NCBI GenBank assembly: GCA_013239625.1
Contig: MU054323.1
Span: 19,923,082-19,987,081, forward strand
Direction of reading: 5' to 3'
DNA: 64,000 bases
From: Lama guanicoe
Lineage: Eukaryota
The notes beneath the pieces are model-generated. The model was given only the letters and a program-made list of their open reading frames with translations. It made no database searches and was not told where the DNA came from. Numbering within the stretch: position 1 is the stretch's first letter; each line of letters opens with the position of its first letter. This document shows positions 13,550 through 27,700 of the stretch, in pieces. A program made the position numbers and the translations under genes.

Positions 13550-14300
13550 GTAGGGGATGTACTGAGGAGCACTGGGAAAGAATTAGTATTTGACCAAAGA
13601 GACAGCTGTTTCACTTTGTTATGAGAAAAGGAAGTAAGGATGCTGATTTGGGGAGAGAGATTTCCACCTGACGGCTGCTATTTTCTCTTTAAAAGAAGAG
13701 GTGAGGACATATTCAGAGAGTAAGTATGAGGTAGAAGTGGTGGAGTTGAAAGCTGGAAGAGAGTTGCGAGGATTTGAAATAGTTATTGAGGCTAATGGGA
13801 GTGGGAGTTTACTTGGGAAATGTAGAGAGACACAGATGAGTTTGATAGCCATGGATTTTATGGTGGCCTCTGTGGTGCATATCATCCCCTCTACCCTCTC
13901 AGTAGTCTGGTAAATGTAGGGGACAAGATTTGAGAAAGAAGGAGAATGGTGTGGGAAGAACCAGGAGCCAAAAGTTGGAGGTATTGTAGTGAACTACAGG
14001 TAACGGTTGAAAGGATAGCTCTTGGGAGTCTAGGCTGGATAAGGAATGAAATGAAGCCAAAACAGGCTGATAGTTAGGGAGAAAATGAAGGAGCATAACA
14101 CCAGAAGTTTCCATGAAGTTGAAGAGTGAAGTGTGATGGGGGAAAAGTGTGAAAGAGCTGAAGGATAAGAACTGGTGGTTGTAGATCAAAGTCATGAGTT
14201 TTAAGATTTCAGATAAGTAACTCTTTTGAATGATAAGGTGTAGAGTGGTCACAGAAGTAGATTGTTCAGTTGAATATTGGAGATAAAGATCATTGTATTT
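13550..14300. mobile_element. L2-like ancient LINE remnant
   Basis: Purine-rich degenerate tract with L2-like phrases (gtcatgagttttaagatttcaga; ggagttgaaagctggaagag). Confidence 0.5.
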
Positions 14301-15209
14301 GGATATCTTCTCATTCCTTAAAATTACTTATGGCCTTTGCTATACAGATGGCTACAGAAAGAAGTTTTATGTGAATTCAGTGTAAATGCTTATATGGATA
14401 AATGTTAATTTGTGGTTATCAGGCAAATTAATTAGCTCATTTAACAAATATATGTTGAATTCTTATTTACTGGTCATTGGGATCAAAAGCTATCTTTTTT
14501 GCTTGAGCTTTCTAGATGAAAAGGTGGTTTCAGAAATTGTGGCACTAATTCAGATTCATCATTTTCTTTGTAGAGACAGTAATCCTCAAGTTCAGCAGTT
14601 TGGCTCTAAACATCTTAACAATTCTAAATTCATACCTAACGGATGTTTTAAATCTCTTCTGGCATTTTTAGACATTTTTGCAGTCTCTTGTATGATAATA
14701 TTGGTTTGCCTTGTGTTGAATTTTTGTGGGAGAAAATAGTAAAGCACTGAAATTTACACTGCTTTGCAGTGGGGAAAAGAGGAAACGGGCAGGAAATGAG
14801 GGCCCACCCACAAACTACCACAGTGTAGTTTGCCAGGTCTTTGCCACCCCGCCTCTTGTCCGTGGATTGGCTGCTTTATTCTCCTAGGGATGACCCGGAT
14901 AAATGAAGTAAATTGCATCCTCTAATTGTTGACTGCAACAGCAACTAGGCAGTGGTATAGTACTTTCCAGAATTTCCAAGTTTGGAAGATGACAGTCTTT
15001 AGATTTATGACTTAGTTTAAAGTCTGAAGTCCATGTAAATAAAATCTTTTTAGATGAAAGATACCTCTATTCTAATTTCCATCAATAGAATTCAATTTCT
15101 AAAGATTTTGTGACCTGTGCTAATTTTCAGGATGTTTTTCTTGGCTGCATGCCAACAAGAAACTAACAACATTCCCATCAAAATCTAACTAATTAAATGA
15201 ATATGTAAT

Positions 15210-15392
15210 AATAATAACTAACATTTATTGAGCACCACTCTGCATCAGGTTCTATTCCAAGTTCTTTACACGTATTAACTCATTTAATCCTCACAATAAG
15301 CTTATGAAAGAGTTAGTATTATTATCTCCGTTTTATAGATGAGGAAACTAAGGCTTAGGTTAAGTAACTTGCCCAAGGATTACACAGCTAGG
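15210..15392 (-). mobile_element. MIR SINE
   Basis: Core motif tattaactcatttaatcctcacaa...ttttatagatgaggaaactaaggc...aagtaacttgcccaagg. Confidence 0.9.
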
Positions 15393-16049
15393 CTCAGTAT
15401 ATGTCAGTTTTTAACTTGGTGTATGAAGTTGAACTTAAGACTGTTTATTAAACCTTTAAAACTTTAAATATAAGTTATAAATACAAGATATTTATGGAAA
15501 TATCATGTAAAGGTTGTTTTTTCCTTCATGCTCCAATGGACATAATTTATCTTTCCATCTATGGTAGCCCTTTTTTGTTTATCATAGGATCTGAAATAAA
15601 AATATTTTGAATCTATATTATATACAGTATCATTTTTCTGAACTTCAATAAATTTGATTTGTTACTATTAAGCAAACAAATGTCTTGACATAGCTGTAAT
15701 TAAAGTTAATATAGCAGAGTTCCGTTGAATGTTATATAGATTTTATTTGTAGTACAATAGTAGGTGGTTTCATTGCCTATGGAAGCAATTGTATGAGGTG
15801 GCTATAAAATCTGGTATCATAGATTAATACTGTTTCCAAACTTCATAGCCACCTGTATTTGATAAAGGCCTTTTCTACATGTTTTGATATGGGTTTTAGT
15901 TGCCTGGAGGCAGAGCGGGGAAAAAAATCAGAAGAGAGACAGGTACTGTACTTTTGTGTCATATAGAGTAAGACATCCTGGACCCCAACAGTTTGAGAGA
16001 GATTCCCCTGTAACTGTATAATGATGATAATAAAAATACAATGACATCG

Positions 16050-16275
16050 TCTCATGTTTATTTAGTACTTACTATGTATTAGGTATAGTGCTAAGCATTT
16101 TATATATGTTTATCCTTTTTAATCCTCACAACAGTCTTATGAGATAGATACTATCGTCTGTCTTAAAAAAAATTAGAATCTGAGTTTTAGAGTATTAAAT
16201 GATGGGACAAGCTACATAACTAGTGGCATAGACAGATTTTGAACCCAGGTTGGTCTGATTTCAATACCTAAATCT
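16050..16275 (-). mobile_element. MIR SINE
   Basis: tacttactatgtattaggtatagtgctaagcatttt...aatcctcacaacag...tttgaacccagg. Confidence 0.75.
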
Positions 16276-17999
16276 TAATCTTTTATCTAATCTGCTGTAT
16301 GGCAGGGGCTGGCAAACTTTTTCTGTAAGTGGCCATATAGTACATATTGCAGTTGGATTTGCTTGACAATCTATAAGCACAGTTGAGAAAAATCAATCAT
16401 ATATTGCTGGGTAGAAAGTACTAAATGGTATAGGTGAGGCTTATGAGAGTTTAGGAAAGAAAGAGTTCGGTGTTGAGTAGAATGAAAGGAAGAACTTCTT
16501 GGAGGCAATAAGGTAGTGGATCCTGAAGATAGGATATAGAGAGGTGGGCCAAATTGTTTTAAGACCAGAAAATGAGCATTATCTGTAGAACAATGAAGAA
16601 ATTGGCTTGGGTGGATATATACTGGAGTAGTTTAAAAGTATCTGAACCAATGGATTAATTCCCTCTGTCCTTTGTAATGAAGTTTAAAGTCACTGCTTTA
16701 AAGTATGACATGCCTAAAGGGGTCTGTTCTAATTATTAAAAGGACTTGGATATTTAAAATCTGCAAATAAAATGTTATAAAAGACATTGAAATCTGTCCT
16801 TCCAGAAAAGTGATATACTTTTTCATTGAAATAATGAAATTTAGACTGTATAACTTTGTTCCTGTTACTGCATAATCTGTTGCCAGTGTTCTGACTAGAA
16901 TAAGATTTACCCGTTGTTTTGGTGGGTGATATAAACTTAGACTGGCAGCAAACAGTAATATTTTCTTCTCAGACATGCAATAGAGCACTTAAACCCATAA
17001 AATGGTTTGTAAACTTGTAATGCCTTTCTTTCGTCATCATGGTACTTGACTACTTTGGTGCCATTTTGGTCATCTATTAAGATTGTAATGTTTTTGTTGG
17101 TTTTAATTTCTTAATGAAAACTTTCTAATTGCATTTTTTTTACTTACAAAGTGATGTATGGTTTGTATGGTTGAAATTTGAACTAGTGTATATTTAAAGT
17201 CACCTTTAATTAATTAAATTAAATATTAGACTTCCAAATTTACCTTTCAATATCCATTTAAAATTTTTATTTAACTGCTTCAGCATTTTAAGGAAGGGAA
17301 ATTAAAAAAAAGATTGCAGTTAATATTCTTAGCTATGTAACTAAGTTTTATTCTAAGTCAGAATGTTTTATAAATGTTTGAGACTATTGGGGGGGGCAGT
17401 CGTTTTTAGAAAGCTTCCCTTCTCCACCAAGTCACTGCTAAAATTCTGTCTTAATTTTCTCCTCATTAAAACTTTTTTCTATCCAATTAAAAGATATTTT
17501 GCCATGACATTGACATATACTTTTCCTGTATGTACATTATTCAGTGCCATGGTAAGGTGAAATATTATCCCTTTCATACATTTCTGTGTATCATCATAAC
17601 ATTTTCCAGTGTTTCTTCTAGGGCATCATTATATCATTGTATATTGATCATGACTTAGGAATAGGAAAGCATATCTGCAGATATTTTAAAAGTAGTTACT
17701 AGAGAAAGGATTTGGGAGTATTATGTAGTAGTAAAGCACTGGAATAGGAGTTTGGAGGCCTGTGTTCTAGTCCTGGTCCTGGCCCCATGTTATGTAACCT
17801 TGGAAGTCAGTTTTTGTATTCTCATTTGGCTTATGTGATCTCCAAGCCACCATCTATAATTATATCATCTTGTGCCATCGTTCTGCAAACAAATGAACAT
17901 ACTAGCGTAAAGTATAAGAATGAAGAGTAGGAACACCTCTGCTTCAGATGTAAAAAAGTTAAAATCTTACAGCTTTGCCACCCTCCGCCTTAGTGTAAG

Positions 18000-18456
18000 C
18001 TTTTAGTTGAAGTATGGTATACATATAGAAAAAGTACACAGATCATAACAAAACAGAACTTGGATCACAAAAACATTGCCAGAATCCCAGAAGCCCCTCG
18101 GTGATGCCTAGTCACTCCTCTTTTCTCCTGTCTAAGGATAACCACTGTCTTGACTTCTAACATCATAGATTAATTTTGGGTGTTTTTGAAATCATTCTTT
18201 TGTCGGACTTCTTTTCCTCAGCATTATATTTGCAAGATAAATAGAGTTGTAGTTTGTTCACTATCTTTTTTTAAATTTATTTTTTTAATTGAGTTTTAGT
18301 TGATTTACAGTACTATGTAAGTTTTAGGTGTCAACATAGTGCATAGTTTACTCATTTTCATTGCTGTGTAGAGTTCTTTTGATTTATCCAGTTTTCCGTT
18401 GGTTGAATCATAAAGAAAAAAAATAAACTGAACTGCATTAATGTTAAGAACTTCTG
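18000..18456 (-). mobile_element. Old L1 3' end with nested young L1 tail (about 18264-18342) and a terminal sense-strand L1 piece
   Basis: Antisense L1M motifs (taaccactgtcttgacttctaac). Nested poly-T + ttgagttttagttgatttacag. Sense-strand ataaagaaaaaaaataaactgaactgcatt at the end. Confidence 0.6.
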
Positions 18457-19484
18457 ATAGTTTTTTAATCTTCAGGGATTGAATCTTTCCACTTTATATA
18501 CTGTTTAAATGAACCTTCAAATTACAAATGGGTGCTTCATCTTAAAAAGCTTAATGTCTCCCATTTTTCTTTTCCCAGCAGCCATTTGAATCTTGCTCTG
18601 CTACCTTTACTGGAAGAAAGGAATAGTTGATTATTGTTTTAATAGCATGAAAAAACTCCAGAAGCATACATATAAAAGAAATAAAAGATTAATAAAGGCA
18701 ATAATTTAATACCTACTAAATTTTCAGTTTTAGGACAGATATAGGAATTGTAGTTTTAATTCATATTTTACAACTATTTAGCAGGTACTTTTTTGTTTTC
18801 TAAAAACTAGTATAAAATTAAGGATATTAATGACAATGTTATTTAGATACATCAGTTTACAGTTTCCTCACACAATTATAACTTACAAGCTGGATATGTA
18901 GGATTTTTTATGTTCATTCTATCAACATTTCATGCACCATTACATGTATAGTCATAGAACTTTGTTTTATTGCTTCTATCAAGTATTGTGTTAAATGGTG
19001 GATAATGTATATAAATTTTTGATCTCTAAACTTTTTCCTAGCAAGTCAGTGAAAACTAAATTGTAGAGGCTTAAAACATTTTAGCATTTTAGATTCAGTT
19101 CATTCTCAATTAACTAAGGCAGCAACTTAGATGGAAGTCACAGATCACTGACCAAAAAAAAGTGGATTCACTATGAATTTAAACAGCAAAAATTTCATCT
19201 AACACATTTTCTCTTCTATGAATACCACTCGGTATGTACAAATTTAATGGTTTAAGAAACGCTCTGCTGTTTGTTGCTTAGCTGAGTTTTTAGTATGCAG
19301 TGGGATTTATATATTTGAATAGTTTGGGCAGTGATATTTCTATCTAGCCCTATTCTTTGTTTTTGTTCTCACTTACTTAGCCTAGAGTTTACAGGTTTCT
19401 TTTTTATTTTTCAGTTCATTGAGAATGGATCATTTTCTAAAAATGAAGAATTTGGACTATATTTACTGTTTTAGGTACCTTATT

Positions 19485-20131
19485 TAGGTATTCTTCTTTT
19501 AAAAAAGCACCCTTAAAACTTTGCGGCTTAAAACAACAGTCATGTTGTTACATTTCACATTATTGTGGGTCAGAAATTTGGGCAGAGCTTAACTAGGCAG
19601 TTCTTTCCCATTAAGGTTACTTGGTTCTTGTAGTAGCTCACGGTGAAAAAGAATATGAAAATGAATATGTATATATTCGTGTATGACTGAAAAATTGTGC
19701 TGTACACCAGAAATTGACACATCATTGTAAACTGACTATAACTCAATAAGAAAAAAAAAGGTTACTTGGTGATATACAACCAGAAGGTCAGACAGTTTCA
19801 TTTACATGTCTGGTACTTATCTGAATGGCTGGCAGGCTTGGGTTAGCTGAGACTGTCCAACCAAGCACATATATGTGGCCTCTTTGGCATAGTATCTCAG
19901 ACTCGTTAGACTTCTGAAGTGACAACTCAGTACTCCTGAAGAAGGAAACTAGAGTCTAGAATGTGCAAGGCTTATTAATATCTAGTCTTGAAAGTTATGC
20001 AACTTCTGTTGGTCAAAAAGCAAGTCACAGGGCCAGCCCAAATTCGAAGATGAGGGCTCTGCAAGGGCATCCATTCTGGGAGGTGTGGCTTATTGTGGGC
20101 GTCACCTTTGGAGACTAGCTATGCTACTACA
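19485..20131. mobile_element. MLT1-type MaLR LTR
   Basis: ggcttaaaacaacag...gtgggtcagaaatttgggcag...gcaagtcacagggccagcccaaatt...ctttggagactagcta. Confidence 0.75.
19626..19757 (+). mobile_element. Young 5'-truncated L1 insertion with perfect TSD
   Basis: 3' end tgtacaccagaaattgacacatcattgtaaactgactataactcaataagaaaaaaa. 13-bp TSD AAGGTTACTTGGT at 19613-19625 and 19758-19770. Confidence 0.85.
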
Positions 20132-20851
20132 GGATCTAAGAATCTGTTCACTGCACATAGCATATATAAAACTTATTTTTTTAACAGACTGGTATTCAAA
20201 TGCTATAACCCAAACTGATTTTCATAAAATTCAGCTACCTTAACATTTTTATTTCCCTATAAAAGCTTCCAGAGTACTCTGCAATTTATTTACGTTTTCT
20301 GCTAGAAATGTGTCTATCCCAGATACAGTTTTTTTGTTTTATTATGAAAAACATTTAATATACAGAAAAAATGAAATAATTTACAAAGAACACCTATATA
20401 ACCACCATTTAGATTCTGTAATTAATATTTTGCTGTTCTTGGGTTATCACATGTCTGTCTATCATCAGTCTGTCTTATTTTCTGATGAATTTGAAAGATG
20501 CAGATATTCAGATGTAGGTATAAGTTACTTTTTCCTTCTGATCCTTTGACCCTGGAGGATAGAAAATACAAAGAATCTCTATTGCTGTATCTTCTCTCTT
20601 TGAGAACTTACCTGTTGGGAACTTTTCAGCCTGCCTTATTCATCATGTATTCAGCCAAACTTTGGTTTAGGTTTTCATAACTCTTCAGCCTGAGAGTCTC
20701 ATTAAGATCTTTGGAGGAAAAGAAGAAATCATCTTTTTAAATAATGAAAACAGCCATCCACAATCCCAAGATAAGCACAACCACTCTCATTAGTGTGTTC
20801 CTGTTCTTTTTCCATTTTTTGTATTTTTATAATTATTGCTAATGTGTTGTA

Positions 20852-21084
20852 CAGTAGACCCTTGAATAACATGGGTTAGGGGCACTGACCCTCCACAGAG
20901 TCAAAAACCGGGGTGTGTAACTTTATAGTAAGTCCTCTGTATCGTGGTTCCTCTGCATTCAGGTTCTGCATCCATGGATTCAGCCAACCTCGAACGATGT
21001 AGCATTGTAGTAGGTATTTATTGAAAAAATCCTTATATAGGTAGATCCACACAGTTCAAGCCCATGCTGTTTAAGGGTCAACTC
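20852..21084. mobile_element. Tigger-derived MITE (Tigger2/MER8-like)
   Basis: TIRs cagtagacccttgaataacatggg and cccatgctgtttaagggtcaactc, with TA on both flanks (Tc1/mariner TSD). Confidence 0.85.
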
Positions 21085-24000
21085 TATACAGTTTTTTAAT
21101 TTGTTTTTAAACAATGAGTAGTTTTAGATTATTATATTATAGCCTGATAATTAGTTGAGTGTTTGATATTTCATTGAATGGCTGGATCACTGTTTTTAAC
21201 CATGCTAGTTTTGGACAACTGACTTGCTTTCCAATTGAGAAAAGCTGTTGAACCCAGTGAAATATTGCTTGTTGTCTGAAATTGGTTATATGCAAAGTTT
21301 ATCCCATCCTTCTGACTCACGCAGCCTTAAGAGTTGAAATCGATGAAATGGCAAGGAAATAAAGAAGTTAGAAGAAATTTAGTGAACTTCAGTCCTAATT
21401 GATTTTGCAACTGCATCAGGAGCAAATAGTTAGAAAAAAAATTATATTTTCAACTTTGTCAGTTGAGTAAATTTTCAATTTTCATCAATATGCTCACAAT
21501 TGGACTGAGTAAGTTTCCTGTTTAAAGTCTACCTGCAAGTTAAAGCATATTAGATACCTTTGGTGTCAAAGTACAAGGACTAGATATGTGTATTATATTT
21601 CCAGTGAATTTTATTCTTATCTGTTGTGGAACTCCTCTGAACTCTAAGAATCAGTAACCAGTTCACTCCCTCTTGCTAATGTATACTTCCATAAGTGGTA
21701 GTTTAAAATTTTTCTCCTAGCTTCAGCATAATTAATTAATTAGAGGGGGATAGTCAAACAAATTGAATTCTATAATTTTAGGGATAACAGAGTCTTGTAG
21801 AAGATAATTTATAAATCCTCCTGCGGTGATAAAATATTATACTTAACCCATCAAGGCAGTTTATTAACAGATTTCTCGGAGAAAGCAGTTCTTATTTGTC
21901 AAGATTTTATTCTTCCTAGAATTAACCTTTACTGTTAAAAAAAAATTGTCTAACCTACATTCTTCATGTTGTATGTTGAGCATATTTCATCTTGTTTGGC
22001 CCTCTCAGGAAACAGATGGTTACTGTTTTTCATATAGTAACTTTAAATACTTGAAACCTAACACTTGCCTTTTAGGCTTCACTGTGCTTGAATTGCTATT
22101 TACATAATACAGACCTCAACAGAGCTTTCTCCCCATGAAAAAAATGCTCTCTAGGGATCCTTAAAATATGCTTATACACTACATTTGGTCATATTTGTGT
22201 GTGGATATATTTGTTGTGTTAATGAGAAGTTAGGTAATTTGAACTACATTGCTTGATTGCTGGGACTGTCTTTAGAACACATGCCCAAGTATCAGATCTA
22301 TCAACAAATGTTATAGCAGATTGCCTCACTCAAGAAAATGGTCTGGATCTGATCTGACTTTTGAGTGTGTAGATTTACTTTGGGGAAGACATGGAGAATT
22401 TGATTTGGGGTCTGATGATCTTACTTTTGGAAAATTCCTAGAATGTAAGATTGATCCTGGGATTAAATTATGGGTCTGAGTCAAATCTGGGGAGATCCTA
22501 GAAGACTGCGTCGTTCTCTACAAAGTGGGCCCTAGGATATTCCATGTATTCTACACTTGAGAATTACTACTTGGATCTCTCATTTACATGGATCCTTCGG
22601 AGTGCGACAAAAGAGATAGAAGGGTGGAGGAAAGGAGAATTACGTTTGTCCCATCATATTACTTTGGTGTCAGCCTTTCATACTTGGTTCCTGTCTGGAT
22701 AGCACAGTAAAATTCCATACTAGGTGTACATGGGTACTCCGTTAAATTTTGAGACTGCTTTAGTTTGACAAATATTTGAGCATTGGATTTCAGCCAGTAG
22801 TATGGTAGTGACTTCCCCCCCTTTTTTTTTTCCAAAGTCAGTGAAAACTTTTAATATAGGTATAATGCAATTGAGTAATGCCTGTTGTGCATTTTTCTAA
22901 AAATTTAAATGAAGTGCATTTACCTTGTTTATCATTGACATCATTTAAACAGTTATGACTTGGCAGTGAGGAACTCACAGTGAACATAGAAACAAATGAA
23001 TTCTGAAGCCAAGAACAGGTTTAGTTGTAGACCTTGAATTGATTAATTACTGCAGAAACAGCATCAGTTGAAGAAGATATTTCATAAGGAAATATCAGGT
23101 GTCTTTGAAAAGGTCTGCCGTATAAATTTCCAAGTTCTGCAGATCTTTAGAGTGCTTTAGTTTTTACATTTGATTTTTCTTTTAGCTTTTTACAAATTAC
23201 AAAATGACACGTTGCATTCAACATAAGCTTTAAAAAATTAAAAATTTGTTTATGTCTTTGGGGTTTTGTTTTATTTTGGTACAGGAGCATTTGAAACCCT
23301 TTTGCAGCCAAGAATAGCTTCTTTGAAATTTCTATATAAGAAGGGTTTAGGAGCAGCAATTTGTTGGGGGGTGTGTGTTCATGAAGATTTGTTTTGAAGC
23401 TACATTTGTATAATAAGCACAGTATTTTCACTCATACCATATGTTACAGATTATTCAAAGCAGCGGAGTTCTCTAAAAATGATCTTATTTACATATAATG
23501 AATATACAACACATGATTGAAAAACTATCAGTTGTCCATATCAAATATATACTTTTGTCGATTGAAGAAAGTTACTCTTTGGATGTCTTGATAGAGAGGC
23601 TGACTGAGATAAAGGGAAGGCTGAGGGTAGAGCCATCAATTAGCTCCATCACTGACAGTAATCTATTTTGCCCCTTTGTTTATGTTGCCAATGCCTTGTT
23701 TAGACTACAATTACCTCTGACCTGTGTGATTTTTGGCAGCCACATATCTATTGCCCAGATTCTAGCCTCATTTCTCTTTGCCTTAAATTCAAGTTTCATT
23801 TAGTTACTAGGGGGATAAGCCACTTAAATTGCATTTTTAATCTGGCCACTTCCTGCTGTCTTCCACAACAACGGTTTCTCAGAGTGAGATGGGTGAGATG
23901 ATTTCTTACTCGTGCAGGAGAAAACATTAGAATTTTTAAATTTACTTTTTAAACCTTAAATAAAAGAAATTATGCATTACCAATATTGAATAGAACAATT

Positions 24001-24859
24001 GACATGCCCCCTCATTCAGTCTGTCAGATAGTCATCTATCATGTGAGGAAGAGAGGGAGTTCCACACTGCACAGCGGTTGACAGTGGAGCTCTTTCATAC
24101 ACTCTCCATGTATTGCAGTATGTTGCCATTTATCTGTATGCTGTTAAGTATGTTTATTTGTCATGTTATCTAATTCTCCTAAAATAGATACGTGACTTTA
24201 AAAGATTTCTTCAAAGAAACGATTGATTTAATGTTAGTAGGTCAAGCAAAGGAGAACAAATGAGAAAATGGCACAGCTGATCCTTCTATTCTTAGTTCAA
24301 GCTCTTTGTCAACCACATTAGAGTTTTAATATCAGAATTTAATGAGATCTGATAAATCATCTCCCTAAAGTCAAAATTACTGAGGTGGCTTGTCTGAACC
24401 TTACCCTAAGTATATATATTATGCCCTAAAATATTAATTAATGATTGCAAAACCAAAAAGGAGTTTATTTGCCATGTCTTAATATTATTCACCTCTCCAG
24501 GTCTGCGTAAAATTTAAATATTATAAGTGTATTGGATATTGAGTCCTATTAGAATAATAAGGGTATGTATTGGACTGTTTGAAAGTAATATAGAAAATTG
24601 CAACCATGAGATTAAAATATTTGCTTCACTTGGAAGAAATAAGTATGCTATTTTCCAGTGCACACACAGAGAAACAAACTACTGAAAGTATGAAGCTACC
24701 TCTATTAGCAAGACATTTTAGATATCATTTATTTTATCTTTATTCCATAGTTTTCAAGTTTTTACTTTTTACATATTAAATATGTATGTCTTGTTGTGCT
24801 CATATTAGGATAGTAGTATATGTATAAAAATATACATATATTGGTGTGAGCTCAACATT

Positions 24860-27700
24860 TTGAAACCTTTTTATTGCTGTATAACACATGTAATCATAAT
24901 CCAGGTCAGTAAAGAGAACATACCCATCACCCTAAAAGACCTCCCTCCTTATGTTTTTACCAATTACTACCCCTTCTCACATCTTCGGTAATAACTTCTG
25001 TCTTGATTTGTGACAATATAGTATAGTTTTGCCTGGTTTTGTACTTTATCTAAAAGTGGACTCATAAAGCATATATTCTTTTATAATCTAGTTTCTTTTG
25101 CTGAATATTATCTTTGTGAGATTAATCCATGTTGTTGTAGATAGCTGTAGTTCATTCAGTAGCATGGCTGAATGATATTTGGTTATATGAATATGCCACA
25201 GTTTATTTGTCCATTCTAATACTGATGGATATTTGGTTTGTTTCCATGTCTGATTATTGTGTATAATGCTGCTCTGATTCCTGTACGTATTTTTTGGTAC
25301 ACATGTGTACACATTTCTGTTGGGTATAATCACAGAACTGGAATTGTTGGGTTGTAAGAAATGTTTTTATTCTACTTTAATAGATAATGCCAAATAGTTT
25401 TCCGTAGTGGTTGTAGCAGTACATAGTCCTTCCAAGAGTTCCTGTTGTTCCACATCTTCACCAACACTAGATATTGTTAGTTGTTTTAAGGTAAGCCATC
25501 TGGTGAGTGTGCAGTGGTATGTTAATGTGGTTTCAAATTATATTTTGATTGCTAATAAGGTTGAGCACATTTTTATATATTGTTGGCCATTTGACCTCTT
25601 TTATAAAGTTTCTATTCAAGTCTCTTGCACAGTTGTCTATTGGTCTTTTTGTAATTGATTTGTAGGCATTCTTTGTATATTTAGGATATGAGCCCTTTGT
25701 TAGTTACCTATTCCAACTACTTTCTCCTGTCCTGGCTTAGCTTTTCATTCTTAATGGTATCTTTTTGAATAGACATTCCCAATTTTAAGACTGATCCTGC
25801 TATCAATCTTTTCCTTTATCAGTGATTTCCCTGTCTTATTTAAATATTTTCTTAAGGCTTTATTATTGTTTTGTCTTTCATACTTAGATCTACAATCTAC
25901 CTGAAATTGATATTTTAAATATGTTCTGAGATAAGGGTCAAATTTTATTTTTTTCCCCCATATGGAGATCCATATGACCGAGCATTATTAATTGGAATGA
26001 CTCATTTCCCGAGATCTCTAAAATACTGCCTTTGGTGTGTATGTGGGTGTTATTTTTGGAGTCTCTTTTAATTCCATGGGTCCATTTGTCTATCTTAATT
26101 GCTATAGTTTCATAGTAAGTCTTGATATCTAGTAGAACAAGTGCTCCTCCCTTCTATCTTTTCTTCAAGAGGATTTTAGTTCTTCTTGACCCTTTGCTTT
26201 TTCATATAAACTTCGGAATAAGCTTTATCAAATCCATGCACATGAGCATACACGCATGCATACACACACAGATTATTGAAATTTTTTCCATATTGCATTA
26301 AATTTCCAGATCAGTTTGGGTAAAAGTGGCATATTTTCATTGAGTCTTCAGTCCATGAACACGGTATATTTATCTAATTACTTAGGTCTTTAATTTCTCT
26401 CAACAATATTTACTAATTTTATATACAGAGGTCTTAAATATCAGTATTTTTATTCCTAGGTCTTTTTTTTGTACTGCTGTAAATATCTTAAAATTTTTTC
26501 TCTTTCTGTTTGTTAGAATATAGTAATACAGTTGGTTTTGTGTATTATCTGTATCCATCAATATCATTAAACTTAATTCTAATAAGCTATCTATATGTTT
26601 TTAGGATTTTTATATACCTAATTGTATTGTCTGTGAATGACAGTTCTATTTCTTTTCTAATCTTTATTTCTCTTGTCTTACTGAACTGAGTAGAACCTGC
26701 AGTACAGAATAGAAGTGGTGAAAGTAGGCATCCTTGGTTTTTTGTTCCCTGTCTCAAAAGGAAAGCTTTCAATATTTCAGCATTAAATATGATGTTGTAG
26801 TTTTTTGTTTTTTGGTATATGCATGTTCTGGTTATTATGGTTGCATAACCAAGTAAAAATTTAGTGGCATAAAGCAGCCATTTCAAACATGGATCCTATA
26901 GATTAGGAATTTAGATAGGGCACACCATGGAAGGCTTCTCTCTCAAGTGTTGTCTCACACCTTGGCTGCAAGATGCCAAGTAGAGGGAAAGAATCATCTG
27001 AAGGCAAATTTACTCATATGTCTGGTTTTTGATGCTGGCTTCTGTCAGGGAGCCTCATTTCTTCTCTACTTTAGTTTTTCCATGTGGTCTCTCTGAGTGG
27101 GTTAGTGTGAACTTCCTCACTGCATGGTGGCTGTTTTCTCCTAAACCAAGCATGGCCAAAGAGAGAGAAAGCTATATGGAAGCTATATCCTTTGTAGAAC
27201 CCGGTCTCAGAAGTCATGTAAGCATCACTTTTGCCATACTGTAGTCACAAGACCTTACCCAGTTACAAGAGGAGGGAATATAGAACCTGCTTTTTGGTAA
27301 AGGAATGTCTGTCAGTGACATTGTAAGAAGAGCACTAGGGTTGGTGTACATACATATATTTATTTATGTATATGTGTGCCTCGCTAGAGAGAAATACGGA
27401 AAATAATAATCTGACACAATGCCTTTTTAACAGATTATGAATGTTCCCTTCTATTTGTAGTTATCAGATTAAAAATGTTTCCTTCTATTCAGAGTATTTA
27501 ACATTTTTGTTTTGAATGGATATTACATTTTATGAAATGCCTTTTGTTTGTTGAAATGAACATGATCTTATTTTCTGTAAGGTGATAAATTTCATTGGTT
27601 GATTGCAATAAATTCAACTTGATGGTGATTTATTATCTTTTTAATACATTACTGCATTTGGTTTGCTAATATTTTCTTTAGGATTTTTGCATCTTTGAAA
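24860..27700 (-). mobile_element. L1M (3'UTR + ORF2 remnant) interrupted by an MLT1 LTR
   Basis: Continuous antisense L1 motifs. ORFs 25088..25333 and 26587..26886 give decayed L1 ORF2-like peptides (WKQTKYPS..EWTNKLWHIH; LKAFLLR.GT..GCLLSPLLF). Confidence 0.85.
26825..27420. mobile_element. MLT1-type MaLR LTR nested in L1
   Basis: ggttgcataacc...aaaatttagtggcataaagcagccattt...gaatcatctgaaggc...catcacttttgccata. Confidence 0.7.

Noticed and set aside
25088..26886. ORFs with reverse-transcriptase-like fragments
   Set aside because: Frameshifted L1 ORF2 relics, not an intact gene.
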